The notes under the pieces are model-generated. The model saw only the letters and a list, made by a program, of their open reading frames with translations. It searched no databases and was not told the origin of the DNA. A stretch of 63,292 nt of DNA, counting the filler, from Octopus bimaculoides (lineage: Eukaryota), in the NCBI RefSeq assembly GCF_001194135.2. It is 5 parts of 5 records of this genome, joined end to end, with 100 filler letters (N's around TTAATTAATTAA, not from the genome) between each part and the next. Parts side by side here need not be neighbours in the genome. Positions count along the whole stretch, not along the records: positions 1 to 17,410 come from NC_068982.1; positions 17,511 to 41,826 come from NC_069010.1; 3 more parts are not named here. The stretch is one strand, 5' to 3'. Position numbers and translations under genes: made by a program. Positions 14,905 through 27,999 of this stretch are shown here, one piece after another; position 1 is the stretch's first letter; the number at the start of each line of letters is the position of its first letter.

Positions 14905-15515
14905 TTGACGCGATAGAGAGGACTCTCTCAAAGCGACTCGAATGATTCACTCAGCTTATGGAGTAGAGTGCTTGAATGAAAGAACTTGCAAAAAATGGTT
15001 TGTAAAATTCGCAAGTGGAGATTTCAGCTTTGAAGATGAGGCCCGAACAGGACATCCAAATTAAGTTTGAAGACAAGCTTCTTTTGGCAGAACTTGAAAA
15101 AGGACATGCAATTTCAGTTGAAGAATCGCCAAGTAAGCTTCATTCGAGTCATGTAACTGTTCACCACCATCTTCAACAGTTTGGAAAGATCCCAAAATTC
15201 GAGAAATAGTTGCCTCATGATTTGTCTGAAACCAACCGCAAACGCCGAATGGATATCTGCTCTTATCTTCGTTCTCGTGAACTAATCCCGTCCTTTTCGG
15301 ACAATCTGTTGACCGGTGAAGAAAAATGGGTCTTTTATATCAAAATGTTAAGCATCGTATACATTGGCTTCGTGAAAGGGAAAATGCCCAACCACAAGCG
15401 AAAAGGGAACTCCTTGCGAAGAAGGTTCTTCTCTCTGTTTTGGTAGGATTGCAAAGGCGTCACCCACTTTGAGTTTTTACCAACTAATGCAACAATCAAT
15501 GCTCGCATCTACTGT
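14905..15515 (+). mobile_element. Mariner transposase fragment, same family
   Basis: LNERTCKKWFVKFASGDFSFED, PHDLSETNRKRR, TGEEKWVFY, DCKGVTHFEFLPTNATINA. Confidence 0.88.
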
Positions 15516-15925
15516 CAAACAAACCACGTTCTTTCATTATGGATGTCCGATAATGATTACAACACTAGCGATGTTTTTAATTTATATTTGAATATATATG
15601 TATATATACATGATGGTATATAGGTATAGACAGGTTATTCAGTTCACCTCAAATTCGGTTCGGGTATGTAATGTTGATAAGCCAAAAGAATAAAAAAAGT
15701 GGCAATGGCTATCGATGTTTTGCATGGATTAACTCTCGAAACAACAGAGCAAGTCGGAACTAACCTTTCAAAGTTCTTCTCTTTGATACGGAAAGACTAT
15801 TTTCACTAATGAGATTAAATAGCTTTCGAGTAGATGGAAAGATGTCGTCGATAATCATGGAAACTATATTGACGATTAAGTTTCGTTAAAATGTAAGATT
15901 TGATCACTTTTTCTCCCTATTTAAA

Positions 15926-15987
15926 ATCTGGACATTGCTTATGGAATGACCTGATATATCAGGTCATTCCATACGCAATGTCCAGAT
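15926..15987. repeat. 62-bp near-perfect palindrome with no spacer
   Basis: ATCTGGACATTGC T TATGGAATGACCTGATA | TATCAGGTCATTCCATA C GCAATGTCCAGAT: 30 of 31 positions pair. Confidence 0.95.
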
Positions 15988-16039
15988 AGTAAATGACTCA
16001 TTATATAATCTCCACATAATTAAATCAATGGCTAACTAG

Positions 16040-16357
16040 CCCAATTTCTCTTGTTCCTCGGGTAACCTCATTTATGTCCTTACTTGTGCAGGTTGCCAAA
16101 ACTTCTATATCGGACAGACGAGCCTCCCATTACGTAGAAGAGTAGCTGTCCATAAGGAACAAATAAACCTCCCTCAATACCGCCAAATTCCACTCAGTGG
16201 CCACATAGACTCTTGCGCCAGAAACAAAAACCCTAAATTCATTATATTCCCTTTCTATCAATGTAAAGACAGAATCTCCACACAAGAAAGAATCAACAAG
16301 GAGAATCTTTTCATAGAGAAATTCCAACCATTTCTTAACACACACACCCCTCAGTGA
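16040..16357 (+). mobile_element. PLE GIY-YIG endonuclease fragment (no ATG, absent from the ORF track)
   Basis: Stop-to-stop frame reads NFSCSSGNLIYVLTCAGCQNFYIGQTSLPLRRRVAVHKEQI...PLSGHIDSC...F...ERINKENLFIEKFQPFLN...*. Confidence 0.85.
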
Positions 16358-16909
16358 CCTTATTTCTCTATGAACANNNNNNNNNNNNNNNNNNNNNNNN
16401 NNNNNNNNNNNNNNNNNNNNNNNNNNNNNNNNNNNNNNNNNNNNNNNNNNNNNNNNNNNNNNNNNNNNNNNNNNNNNNNNNNNNNNNNNNNNNNNNNNNN
16501 NNNNNNNNNNNNNNNNNNNNNNNNNNNNNNNNNNNNNNNNNNNNNNNNNNNNNNNNNNNNNNNNNNNNNNNNNNNNNNNNNNNNNNNNNNNNNNNNNNNN
16601 NNNNNNNNNNNNNNNNNNNNNNNNNNNNNNNNNNNNNNNNNNNNNNNNNNNNNNNNNNNNNNNNNNNNNNNNNNNNNNNNNNNNNNNNNNNNNNNNNNNN
16701 NNNNNNNNNNNNNNNNNNNNNNNNNNNNNNNNNNNNNNNNNNNNNNNNNNNNNNNNNNNNNNNNNNNNNNNNNNNNNNNNNNNNNNNNNNNNNNNNNNNN
16801 NNNNNNNNNNNNNNNNNNNNNNNNNNNNNNNNNNNNNNNNNNNNNNNNNNNNNNNNNNNNNNNNNNNNNNNNNNNNNNNNNNNNNNNNNNNNNNNNNNNN
16901 NNNNNNNNN

Positions 16910-16951
<42 letters not shown>

Positions 16952-17031
16952 GGTATGTACATATATGTATGGATATATGCATATAATTATATATTATTTA
17001 TGCTGTTTTATATATATATATCTACAGATGC

Positions 17032-17066
<35 letters not shown>

Positions 17067-17366
17067 TACATTATACATATCTGTACACACATATATAAAC
17101 ATATTTATGTATATACAAGTGTATATACACTCATATATGCATATATACTTACATTAAATACGTATAAATACAAACACATACACGTACACACGCATGTGCG
17201 TAGGAGTGGCTGTGTGGTAAGGAGCTTGCTTTTCCAACCACATGGTTCTGGGTTCAGTCCTACTGCGTGGCATCTTGGGCAAGTATCTTCTACTGTAGCC
17301 TCGAGCCAACCAAAGCCTTGTGAGTGGATTTGAGATTTGGTAGACGGAAACTGAAGGAAACCCATC

Positions 17367-17410
<44 letters not shown>

Positions 17411-17619
17411 NNNNNNNNNNNNNNNNNNNNNNNNNNNNNNNNNNNNNNNNNNNNTTAATTAATTAANNNNNNNNNNNNNNNNNNNNNNNNNNNNNNNNNN
17501 NNNNNNNNNNCTAATGGAATTTAAAATTATTTTTATGCATTTGTGTACATTTAAACTAATTAAATATTATTTGACAGAGTAATAGAATTAAAATCTCTTT
17601 GATTAAAACCCTTTCTAAC

Positions 17620-18458
17620 ATGGAAGTATCCAAAGAGCATTTGAGGCACATAATGCTTTATGAGTACAAAAAAGGAAACTCTGCAGCCGAAGCGACTCGA
17701 AACATACACTCAGTTTATGAGAAAGAATGCTTGAATGAAAGAACTTGCAGAAGATGGTTCACAAAATTCAGAAGTGGAGATTTCAGCCTTGAAGATCGAA
17801 CAGGATGTCCAGTTGAGTTTGAAGATAAGTTCCTGGAGGCATTACTTGAAGAAATTCCTGCATTGGCAATAAAAGAATTGGCAATAAAACTTAGTTCTAA
17901 CCATACAACTGTTCATCGTCATCTTCAACAACTTGGAAAGGTTCCTAAACTTGGAAGATGGGTGCCTCATGAATTGTCCGAAAGAAACCGCAAATCCCGA
18001 GTTGACATCTGCTCTTCTCTCCATTCTCGCGAAATCATCTCACCCTTTTTTGGATAGACTTGTGACTACTGACGAAAAGTGGATCTTCTATCGAAATATT
18101 AAACGTCGTAAACAGTGACTTGGTAAAAGGGAAAAGCTCAACCACAACCAAGAAGGGAACTTCGTGGGAAAAAAGGTTCTTCTCTCTATCTGGTGGGATT
18201 GCAAAGGGGTAATTCACTTTGAATTGTTACCACCTAATGCAACAATCAATGCTCAAGTCTACTATCAGCAATTGCAGTGTTTGAACCAAGCTTTGAAGAA
18301 AAAAGACCTGCTTTAGTGAATCGAAAAGGAGTGATATTTCATCAGGACAATGCGCGAACCCACACTGCAAAGATCACATCATAGAAGATCGAAGAGCTTG
18401 TTTGGGAAAGAATTTCTTATCCACCTTGTTCTCGCGACCTTGATCCTTCAGACTACCA
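17620..18458 (+). mobile_element. Mariner transposase pseudogene
   Basis: MEVSKEHLRHIMLYEYKKG.SAAEA, CRRWFTKFRSGDFSLED, WVPHEL, TTDEKW, WWDCKGV, FHQDNAR, YPPCSRDLDPSDY. Contains frameshifts and stops. Confidence 0.92.
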
Positions 18459-18832
18459 NNNNNNNNNNAAGAAAATCCACAATCACATATAGAAACATTT
18501 AATAAGTAAATACACTAAAAAGACCTATAATAAAAATCAAAAAAGTACAAAGTAATAAATATTAGAAGAGTAAAAATGACTACACGTGTTTCATAATCAT
18601 ATTTTCAAATAGAAAATAAAAAACATTGAATTAAATAATTGTGGTTCTTTTCTCTAAATTATATATTTTATATATTATATATTGTGAAATTATATTTAAT
18701 TTTGATAAATTAAATTTAATTTTTCCCTGTAAATTTGGAATTTTTCTCTGATATTATTATCATAATTATTTTAATATTGCAATTTATAAATAACGTTTAT
18801 CGTTTGCATTTAACTTACAATTTTCGTTAGTT

Positions 18833-20185
18833 ATGGAATTTACAGGTAAGATAGAACCGCTGTTTTGGAATTTATCTTTCAAGGATATCCCCCTTCCATC
18901 TAGAAATGAATATATTTTGAAACTTATTAATAATATTAAGGATTTTATTACTAGGATTAAATGGAAAGAATACTACAATACTTATAATATATCTAATGAT
19001 AACGATGTAGAAAATTCCAATTATTTTAATTCAAAATAGGGATATACAGATTTTAGAGGATAATATTTGGAAGGTGGTGAAAAATATTAAATTTCATAAA
19101 TACCCAAATAGACATAATGTTTATTTAAGAAATCTAACTATTAAAATAAAAGAAATGCGAAATATGGAAGGAATTATAGTACAATCAGATAAAACTAGGA
19201 ACCTGTATAAACTAGATGTTAAATTATATGATAACCTATTAGAGAAAGAAATTAATAAAAAATATAAAATAGTTCCAGATAATACTCTTTACTCTATAAT
19301 AAATTCTATGAATTAATAATGATGAAATATGAGTTAGATAATAAAACTGAACCTTATGTTCCTATGCACCCTAGAATTACTTTGAAAAACCATAAGGATA
19401 CTTTTCATTCTGACCCTAAAGTTAGATCTTGCAAATCAAATCTAGGTAAATTAAGTAAGATAATTTTAGATAAATATATCGATAGATTAAATGATATTAA
19501 TTACCTTAAATTATGGAATAGTACTGTAGATACTTTAAAATAGTTTAATAATATTAAAGATAGGAATACATATAAATTTATTCAAATAGATATAGATAAT
19601 TATTATTCTTCTATAAATGAGATTGTACTTAATAAGGCCCTAATTTATGCAATGAAGAAGGTAGGTAGGACTTATGATGAAGTTAATGTAGCTAAGATGG
19701 CTAGGAAATTGTTGATTAAAGATAATAATAAATTGTGGTCTAGGAAGGATACTAGGGACTATTTTGATATACCAATGGAGGCACCTGATTCTGCACAGGT
19801 AACTGATTTAGTAGGTATATATTTATTATCAGAACTTCAATTGGAAAATTTAAAATTGGAGGGTGGTTTATATAGGGATGACCTTTTATTACTAACTAAG
19901 AATTGCACCAATAGAACACTAGAATTATATAAGAAGAAACTATATAGTTTTTTAAAAGAAATGCATTAACCATTACTATATATAATGAGAACTATAATGT
20001 TAATTATTTAGATGCTAATTTTAATTTAATAACAGGTAAAACCCAACCATTCCATAAAATTAAGGAAACAATAGATATATTAATGCTAATAGTAATCATC
20101 CACCTTCAATTAAGAAATCGTTAATATATAATATAGGTAAGAGATTTTCGTTACTTTGTTCTAATTTTGAGATTTTCCAAAAACG
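18833..20185 (+). mobile_element. Decayed PLE reverse transcriptase, Naiad/Chlamys-like; cut by a SINE before the endonuclease
   Basis: KDIPLPSRNEY..KLI..IKDFITRIKW, SDKTRNLYK, RITLKNHKDTFHSDPKVR, FIQIDIDNYYSSI, DIPMEAPDSAQVTDLVGIYLL, GLYRDD, NYLDANFNL, YINANSNHPPSI. Many TAA/TAG stops and frameshifts. Confidence 0.75.
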
Positions 20186-20214
20186 TGTACCTTATTATAA
20201 TGAAGCCCTTCGTG

Positions 20215-20605
20215 AGGCGGGATTGTGTGGTAAGTAGCTTGCTTACCAACCACATGGTTCCGGGTTCAGTCCTACTGCATGACACCTTGGGCAAGTGTCT
20301 TCTACTATAGCCGCGAGCCGACCAAAGCCTTGTGACTGGATTTGGTAGACGGAAACTGAAAGAAGCCCGTCGTATATATGTATATGTATATGTATGTGTG
20401 TTTGTGTGTCTGTGTTTATCCCCCCCACCATCGCTTGACAACCGATGCTGGTGTGTTTACGTCCCCGTAACTTAGCGGTTCAGCAAAAAGAGACCGATAG
20501 AATNNNNNNNNNNAATAAGTCCTGGGGTCGATTTTCTCGACTAAAGGCGGTGCTCCAGCATGGCCGCAGTCAAATGACTGAAACAAGTAAAAGAGTAAAA
20601 GAGTA
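20215..20605 (+). mobile_element. CORE-like tRNA SINE family B, full length; other whole or partial copies at about 6450-6597(+), 17196-17368(+), 38868-39082(+), 51935-52135(-), 52563-52775(-), 53268-53365(-), 55485-55685(+), 56185-56360(+)
   Basis: TGTGTGGTAAG.AGCTTGC, GGGTTCAGTCC, CORE-like CACCTTGGGCAAGTGTCTT, an internal microsatellite and tail GCTCCAGCATGGCCGCAGTCAAATGACTGAAACAAGTAAAAGAG. Confidence 0.82.
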
Positions 20606-21123
20606 ATTCGAAATATAATCATAATATCAAAGATTATAATATTAATGATCCCTTAATAAGCTGACACTTATTTTATCGAAACCGAAATGATGAAAGCAAT
20701 GGCAACGTCCCCGGTATATAAACACAGAATGTAATGATGGGCGAAATGCTACAAAGCATTTGCCCGCCATGCTAACGATTCTACCAGCTCGATACTCTAT
20801 ATAATAATTAATATCGGTTTCATATTTTGGCATATATTTTTCGGGTAGGATTGCAAGTCAAACACATCAAACTTACTCTCAGTTATTACTTATTTTGTCA
20901 AACACCAAAATGATGAGGTGTAAAGTCAACTTCAGTTGAAATTGAACTCACCAAATGCCACCAAGAATTTTTTGTGGTGTGTTAATGATTTTGTCATCAC
21001 GCAGCCTTACTAATATTGTTTTAAAATTGTGACACAAGACCAACAATTTTGGGGCCGGGGATAAGTTGATTGCATCAACTCTGGTGCTCGTATGTTATTT
21101 ATTTTATCGGCCCAGAAATTTGA

Positions 21124-21166
<43 letters not shown>

Positions 21167-21264
21167 TCCTTTCTACTAAGGGCACAAGGTCTGTATTTTG
21201 AGGGGAGGTGGGCAGTCGGCCACATCGATCCCGGTACTCAACTGGTACTTAATTTATAGACTAC

Positions 21265-23602
21265 ATAATCTAAAAAATCAAATCATAATTGAATGGCTCA
21301 GAACTAAAGAAACCAGTATTAATGAACGCGATACTCTCTTAAAATTCACAATTCCAACCAAAACCTGAAAGTAATTGGTAAAATCCGCCTTGCACATAAG
21401 GATATAATATCAGCTAATGATGTTGATAGTACAGATCTCAACCACCTGTACTATGCATCCGCGAAAATCTCAACGATTCTATGTGGTGAAAAGATTAGAA
21501 AACGACAAGATTCCCACAGAAAGCCTTCTTGACAAGAGTGTATTCAAACCAAATTCAGCTATTTAGGTCATGTTTGACAAGACTATCAAACCAACAAAAT
21601 CCGAAAACTAAAGAAAAACTATAATATGAAAACTATATTTGACAGCGATACCACCATAGAAACTATCAAGCAAAAGGTATGTGCCAAAGCTGCCCGCACA
21701 GCAAGGTATGAAAAGCGAGTTAGATTCTTCAAGGACAATAACATGTTCAAAAATAACACCAAATTTTTTACAGGAAGATAGGGAAAATACCAGTTATTGT
21801 AAAGTCTGTCCCAACAAAAGAAATGCAGCAATTTTGGAACAAAATTTGAGCAGAAGTAAAAACACACAATGAAAAGGCCTCCTGGGTTGATAGAATATTT
21901 ACAGACTTAGACCCCTTAGAAGAGCAAAAGTGTGAGGGTATCAAGGTAAAGGATGTAAGATCTGCTCTCAGGAAGTCAAGCAATGGAAATCTCCAGGATA
22001 GGATAAAATTCCTAACTTCTGGCTGAATGCATTCCTAGAGAGTCATGAAAATCTAAGGAAACTTTACCACAATGATTTGCAACCACCTACAGTAATTCCC
22101 TCTTGGCTAGTAAATGGTGAAACATTTCTACTTTCAAAAGATGAAGAAACAAATGAACCAAAACAATATCGACCCATAACCTGCTTAGCAACAATGTATA
22201 AAATGCTAACATCTGTCTTGAGTGAGTATACCATTGGTATTTTATATTCCCTAACGAGCAAAAAAGATTAAACGTGGGTCCTATGGTTGTGAAGATCAGC
22301 TACTCATCAAGAAGATGATCTTGACAGAATGTCATAAACGACAGAAAAACTTGTCAATAGCCTAGATAGACTATAAAAAAGCTTTTGATAGCCTACCACA
22401 TAGCTGGATTAAGATATGTCTATAAATGTATAAAATAGCACCTACTCTTCGAAATTTCTTATCTGTAAGTATGAGATCATGTAAAACTACACTGACTAAA
22501 CGTACTAGAAACAAGCACAGAAAAAGGTAAGCGCATGAAAACTCGTTCTAAAACTTCTGCCTTAGATATTCTTACTGATAAATGGCAAGAAAAACCTCTC
22601 AATGGCAAATACTCAAACAGAACTAATAGTGCCGATGTTGACAAAGCACTTGTCAACATGATTAGTAGTTTCTGGCTTAAAATCAGAAACAGAAGGGTTT
22701 ATCATAGCAGCCCAAGATCAATTCCTACCTACAAGGAACTAGCAGGCCAATATATTAAAGAAAGGCAGCTTCCCAACATGTCGTGTATGTCAACAACAAA
22801 ATGAAACTATTGATCATGTTGTCTCTATGTGCAGTGTTCTTGCACCTATAGAGTATCTCAACAGGCATCACAGAGTAGCATAATATATTCAGTGGGTAAT
22901 ATGCAAAAACCTGGACCTGCTTCATGATAAAAACTGTTGGGAACAAAAGCCACCTCCAGTGCTTGAAAATGATCACATCTCACTCCTCTGGAAATTCGCC
23001 GTTCAAACTGGCAGAAAGATAGATGTGAATAGGCCAGACATGATATTGAAATGCTTCAAATAAAACTCATGCCTCCTCATTGATATGACTGTCCCAATCG
23101 ATATAAACGTATCTGTCAAGACCTACCAAAAACTGAGCAAATATAAAGATCTTGAAATAGAAATNNNNNNNNNNCGTATCTGTCAAGACCTACCAAAAAC
23201 TGAGCAAATATAAAGATCTTGAAATAGAAATTGGCAAAATGTGGAACCTCAAGACTAAAACAATATCTGTTGTCATAGATGCCCTAGAAATGATAGCAAA
23301 AGGGGCTGATTCCTACCTAGCGCAGATACCAAGAAACCCCAAAATGGCAGGAATTCAAAAGATAGTGTTCATGGGAACTGCCCATACCCTACGTAAAATA
23401 CTGTCTATGTAATCTCAAATTTTAAAACAAACTCATAATTTTCTTATGTTTGCTTAAACATTCTCTAGAACAATACTATGTACAAAGCCAAATATATGAC
23501 ATCCTAGACATAACACCAACATGAAGTTCTAACTTGTTTTCTCTTGAGGTTTCTGGGTGAGACTTGGAGTCAAATTGTACAAATGCAAAGCAAAAGTCAA
23601 AC
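21265..23602 (+). mobile_element. R4/Dong-like RLE LINE remnant A (internally deleted, with 3' UTR)
   Basis: PKQYRPITCL, YKKAFDSLPHSWI, CRVC...ETIDHVVSMC, RPDMI, KLSKYKDLEIEI, IQKIVFMGTAHTLRKILSM*. The 3' UTR ends in (GAT)n(AAT)n at about 23605-23702. Confidence 0.85.
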
Positions 23603-23625
23603 GTATGACGATGATGATGATGATG

Positions 23626-23686
<61 letters not shown>

Positions 23687-23702
23687 TAATAATAATAATA
23701 AT

Positions 23703-26015
23703 AAGATTACCAAATTTCTGGCTCTCATCACTCTCGTCCGCACACAAAATGTTAGTAATACTATTTAATAGTATTATGAAAGAGCCAGAAAAAACTCCCC
23801 ATTGGATGGCAAATGGTGTTACTTACCTCCTCCCCAAAAATAACGAAACCAAAGACCCAAAAAACTACCGGCCTATAACATGTTTGTCTACTACCTATAA
23901 GATTTTGACATCTATTCTAGTGGAGAAAACATATACGTTTATGGAAGAGAATAGCCTCTTTCCCACTGAACAAAAAGGATGCAGACGAGGCTCATACGGA
24001 TGCGAAGATCAGCTTTTAATTAATCGCATGGTCCTTGAGAAACTGCCATAACAAGCGCAGAAATCTCAGCTCTTCATGGATTGATTATAAAAAAGCCTTT
24101 GACAGCATACCACATTCGTGGGTTCTGAAATCACTGGACATTGTCAAAATTTCTCCTGTAATTTCAGATTTTTTAAAGTATAATATGTCACTATGGAACA
24201 CGAAGCTGCAATTATATCATTCTAATGGAGTATTGCACTCAAACAATATTAGCATAAACTGTGGCATTTTCCAAGGTGACTCGCTTTCACCACTAATTTT
24301 CTGCATAGCACTAATACCACTCTCAAGTGAACTGAAGAGAACAGGGTATGGCTACAAAATTGACAACAGGAAAATAAGCCATCTATTTTATGTGGATGAT
24401 TTAAAGCTATATGGCAAAGATGATGAAGAGCTTCAAGGATTCAGTGATGATATCGGGATGGAGTTTGGCCTTGAAAAGTGTGCCAAAGCCACTTTTTAGA
24501 AAGGGAAACTGATAAAGTCAAGTTCAATAGAATTAGATGTCGAAACAGTAATAAAGGAACTTGAGCAGGAACAAACCTATAAATACCTAGGAATAAATGA
24601 AGGCTCTGGTATCCAGCATGCAAGCATGAAAGAAAAGGTTAGGAAGGAATGTTATAGAAGAGTTCGGGCAGTTCTGAAGTCTGAGCTGAATGCATATAAT
24701 AAGGTGTTAGCCATAAATTCCTTAGCAGTCCCAGTTGTTCTTTATAGCTTCAATGTGCTTAACTGGAATACCAATGAAATAGTCAAAATTGATAGAAAAA
24801 TCCGCAAGCTACTGACTTGTGATAAGATGCACCATCCAAAGGCAGACGTGGATCGTCTCTACCTTCCCAGAGCTCAAGGAGGTCGAGGCTTGATCCAGCT
24901 TGAACTTACGTACAAAACCACCACAATCGGACTGGCCAAATACCTTGAAACAACCAACGATTGGATGCTGAAACTTGTTGAAAAACATGAAAGACCGATA
25001 AAAATTCACTCTATTCTGAAAGAGAGCAAAAAATTCGCTACTGAACTCTTAGATACCCACCAGCTTGATCAGGTTGAAGGAAATGCACCAACTGCTGCTG
25101 CAAAGAAAATAAAATTAATTGCAAAGACAAAAGCACATGAAAAATTAGCTAGCAGATGGGAACAGAAACCTCTGCATGGCAAGTATGTGGCTCATAGCAA
25201 ACAAGCTGATGTCGACCAGAAACACACGCATCAGTGATTACGAAGTTGAGGGCTAAAAGCAGAGAGTGAAGGTTTCATATTGGCTGCTCAAGACCAAAGC
25301 NNNNNNNNNNNNNNNNNNNNNNNNNNNNNNNNNNNNNNNNNNNNNNNNNNNNNNNNNNNNNNNNNNNNNNNNNNNNNNNNNNNNNNNNNNNNNNNNNNNN
25401 NNNNNNNNNNNNNNNNNNNNNNNNNNNNNNNNNNNNNNNNNNNNNNNNNNNNNNNNNNNNNNNNNNNNNNNNNNNNNNNNNNNNNNNNNNNNNNNNNNNN
25501 NNNNNNNNNNNNNNNNNNNNNNNNNNNNNNNNNNNNNNNNNNNNNNNNNNNNNNNNNNNNNNNNNNNNNNNNNNNNNNNNNNNNNNNNNNNNNNNNNNNN
25601 NNNNNNNNNNNNNNNNNNNNNNNNNNNNNNNNNNNNNNNNNNNNNNNNNNNNNNNNNNNNNNNNNNNNNNNNNNNNNNNNNNNNNNNNNNNNNNNNNNNN
25701 NNNNNNNNNNNNNNNNNNNNNNNNNNNNNNNNNNNNNNNNNNNNNNNNNNNNNNNNNNNNNNNNNNNNNCATCTCTACAGGAAGTGCAAAAAATCGTGCT
25801 AACTGGAACGACTCATGTACTGAGAAGAGCATTATCGCTGTGAAAACAACATCCATTCATGATTTTTTTTTTATATTATCATAAATACATGTTTTACCTG
25901 TGAATTTGCGTGTGTAAACTGGGATTGCATACACTGAGTTTCTCTGCCCTAGGTGTACGGAAAACACTCGGCGAGAAATGGAAGAAAATTTGAAGAAAGA
26001 AGGAAAAAAAACAAC
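23703..26015 (+). mobile_element. R4/Dong-like RLE LINE B, 5'-truncated, comparatively young
   Basis: PNFWL, PKNYRPITCL, DYKKAFDSIPHSW, GIFQGDSLSPLIF, HLFYVDDLKLY, MHHPKADVDRLYLPRAQGGRGL, QKIVLTGTTHVLRRALSL* at 25843, followed by an (AAT)n tail. Confidence 0.9.
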
Positions 26016-26047
<32 letters not shown>

Positions 26048-26559
26048 TAATAATAATAATAATAATAATTGTGAATTAATAATAATAACAATCCTGTATG
26101 ACTTAAATATTCAAACGGATTAAACGCTAGAAAACAATAGGCCAAACATAACAATTATAGAAAATGAAATGGGAAGCTGCTTACCAATGTTGCTGCTACT
26201 ACTGCTGCTGCTACCACTGCTGTTGTCACTACTACTACTATTACTACCACTGCTGCTGTTGCTGCTACTACTGCTGCGCTGCCACCACTACTACTACTGC
26301 TAATATTATTGCTGCTGCTACTATTACTATTGCTGCTACTGCTGCTGATAGTGATATTGCTGCTACTACTACAACTACTGGTGCTGCTGTTGCTAATAAT
26401 GATAAACGCGGCCTCTGTATGAATGTATGAAGATTAGTAGTTTAAAAAAATAAATAAATACATAAAATAAAAAATAAATAAATATTTCAGAAATGAAAAT
26501 TTAATAATAATTTAACTTTAATTAAAAAGAAAAGAAAATTTCAAACAGTACACCGAATC

Positions 26560-27990
26560 GCTTGTCCAATGGTTATTCTGGAAGCGCGCCTGTCAGGAAG
26601 CTGTCAGCCTGACGGCGAATAATTTTCAAATGGAAGAATATCTTACCCGAATACGAACCTGGAAGGTCACTTAAACGGGATTTGTCCCAAATTAAGCCCC
26701 CAAAGTTCACCACCACAACGACCACAAAATCAAAAATGTAAAAGAACTAAATGGAACCGGGAAGAATATAAAGAAGTAATATACGCTTATTACTTTGCAT
26801 TAAGTAGGCCAACCCAAGAGAAACACACCGCAAACTCCTACAGAATTTTGAAGAGGCGGGATCCAGGGAACAGACCAAATCTGAATGAAAACAGATTAGC
26901 AAATGTTAGAAGAGATATCTTCAGAAATATCAGACTCACAGATACAGAATTAACCTCTATTCAAAAAGTGGTAGAGAATGACCTAAATATAAGTCAGGAA
27001 AGAAATAACGAAGCAGAGGAGAGGAATGTTGGACCACAAACATTGACTGAAAGGCGACAATCTGCCGAAACCACTCAAGAGCCTGAAGAATAAAGAGAAT
27101 ATAATGATCCTAGGAAAAACATCCAGGAAATTGATGTCAAAACAGAATTTGAAGACTACATATTTGCTGAACAACACAGAAAATCGATCATTGAAATGAA
27201 GCAGGAAGTTCTGAATGAGCTTGCAGTTGTAGGGCATACAAATATGAATGATAGGGAACCACTCCATAAACTCTCAAATGCACACCAACATAAAACAAAT
27301 AAAAATTGGCAACTGCGTTACATAAGAAATCATACAACTGAAACCCGATCTATTAAGATCGGGTTTCAGTGGTTGTATGATTAAATGAAATTATTTACTC
27401 TGTCGCTAAGGTAATCGAAAGACGCTGCTTAACACCCAAAAAGCCAACAATACCAAATTCGAAAAGAAAATCAAACTGGAGGAGTAGAATTGAAAATGAG
27501 ATTGAATCATTGCGAAGGGAGATATAAATATTAACTGAGCTAATCTCTGGAAATGATATAAGATCAAGAAAAGGCAGGAAGATCGTGAGAAAATATGGAA
27601 TCTCAACAAGAGAAGGACTAATGTAAGTGAATGAAACACTTAAACAAAAAGTTCAAACAAAAGCTCAGAGAATACGCAGATTTGAGAAAAGAATCAGATT
27701 CTACAGGCAAAATAAGATGTTCAAATTCAATGCCAAATCATTTTACAGGGAAATAGGGAAAGGAGAAATAACCATTAAAAATCCACCCGTAATAGAAGTT
27801 GAAAACTTTTGGAAAGGGATCTAGAGTAATGAGAAACCATACAATGAAAATGCAGACTGGTTCAAACGCACCCAAGATGCCTACAAAAATCTACAAGAAT
27901 AGGTATGGGAAGCCATCGCAATCGCCGACCTAAGGAGGACACTAACGAAGGCTCATAAGTGGAAATCCCCTGGTATTGAGAGATGCCACG
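26560..27990 (+). mobile_element. R4/Dong-like LINE C, 5' portion
   Basis: N-terminal motifs EYKEVIYAYYFALSRP, LANVRRDIFRNIRLTDTEL and LKQKVQTKAQRIRRFEKR; breaks off at WKSPG. Confidence 0.75.
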
Positions 27991-27999
27991 AAGGAAGCT

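Noticed and set aside
17455-17466. TTAATTAATTAA islands inside gaps (also 41871-41882, 46756-46767, 62199-62210)
   Set aside because: Each is centred in 44 N + 12 + 44 N = 100 bp and gives stops in all six frames. This is an artificial scaffold spacer, not biology.
18578-18608. GAAACACGTGTA on the minus strand upstream of the Naiad-like RT, resembling a hammerhead stem III
   Set aside because: The CUGANGA core and stem I are not recoverable (UUGAAAA). Too degenerate to call.
23107-23232. Direct repeats on both sides of 10-N gaps (also about 48735-48792 versus 48804-48870)
   Set aside because: Identical sequence flanking a minimal gap indicates unmerged contig overlap.
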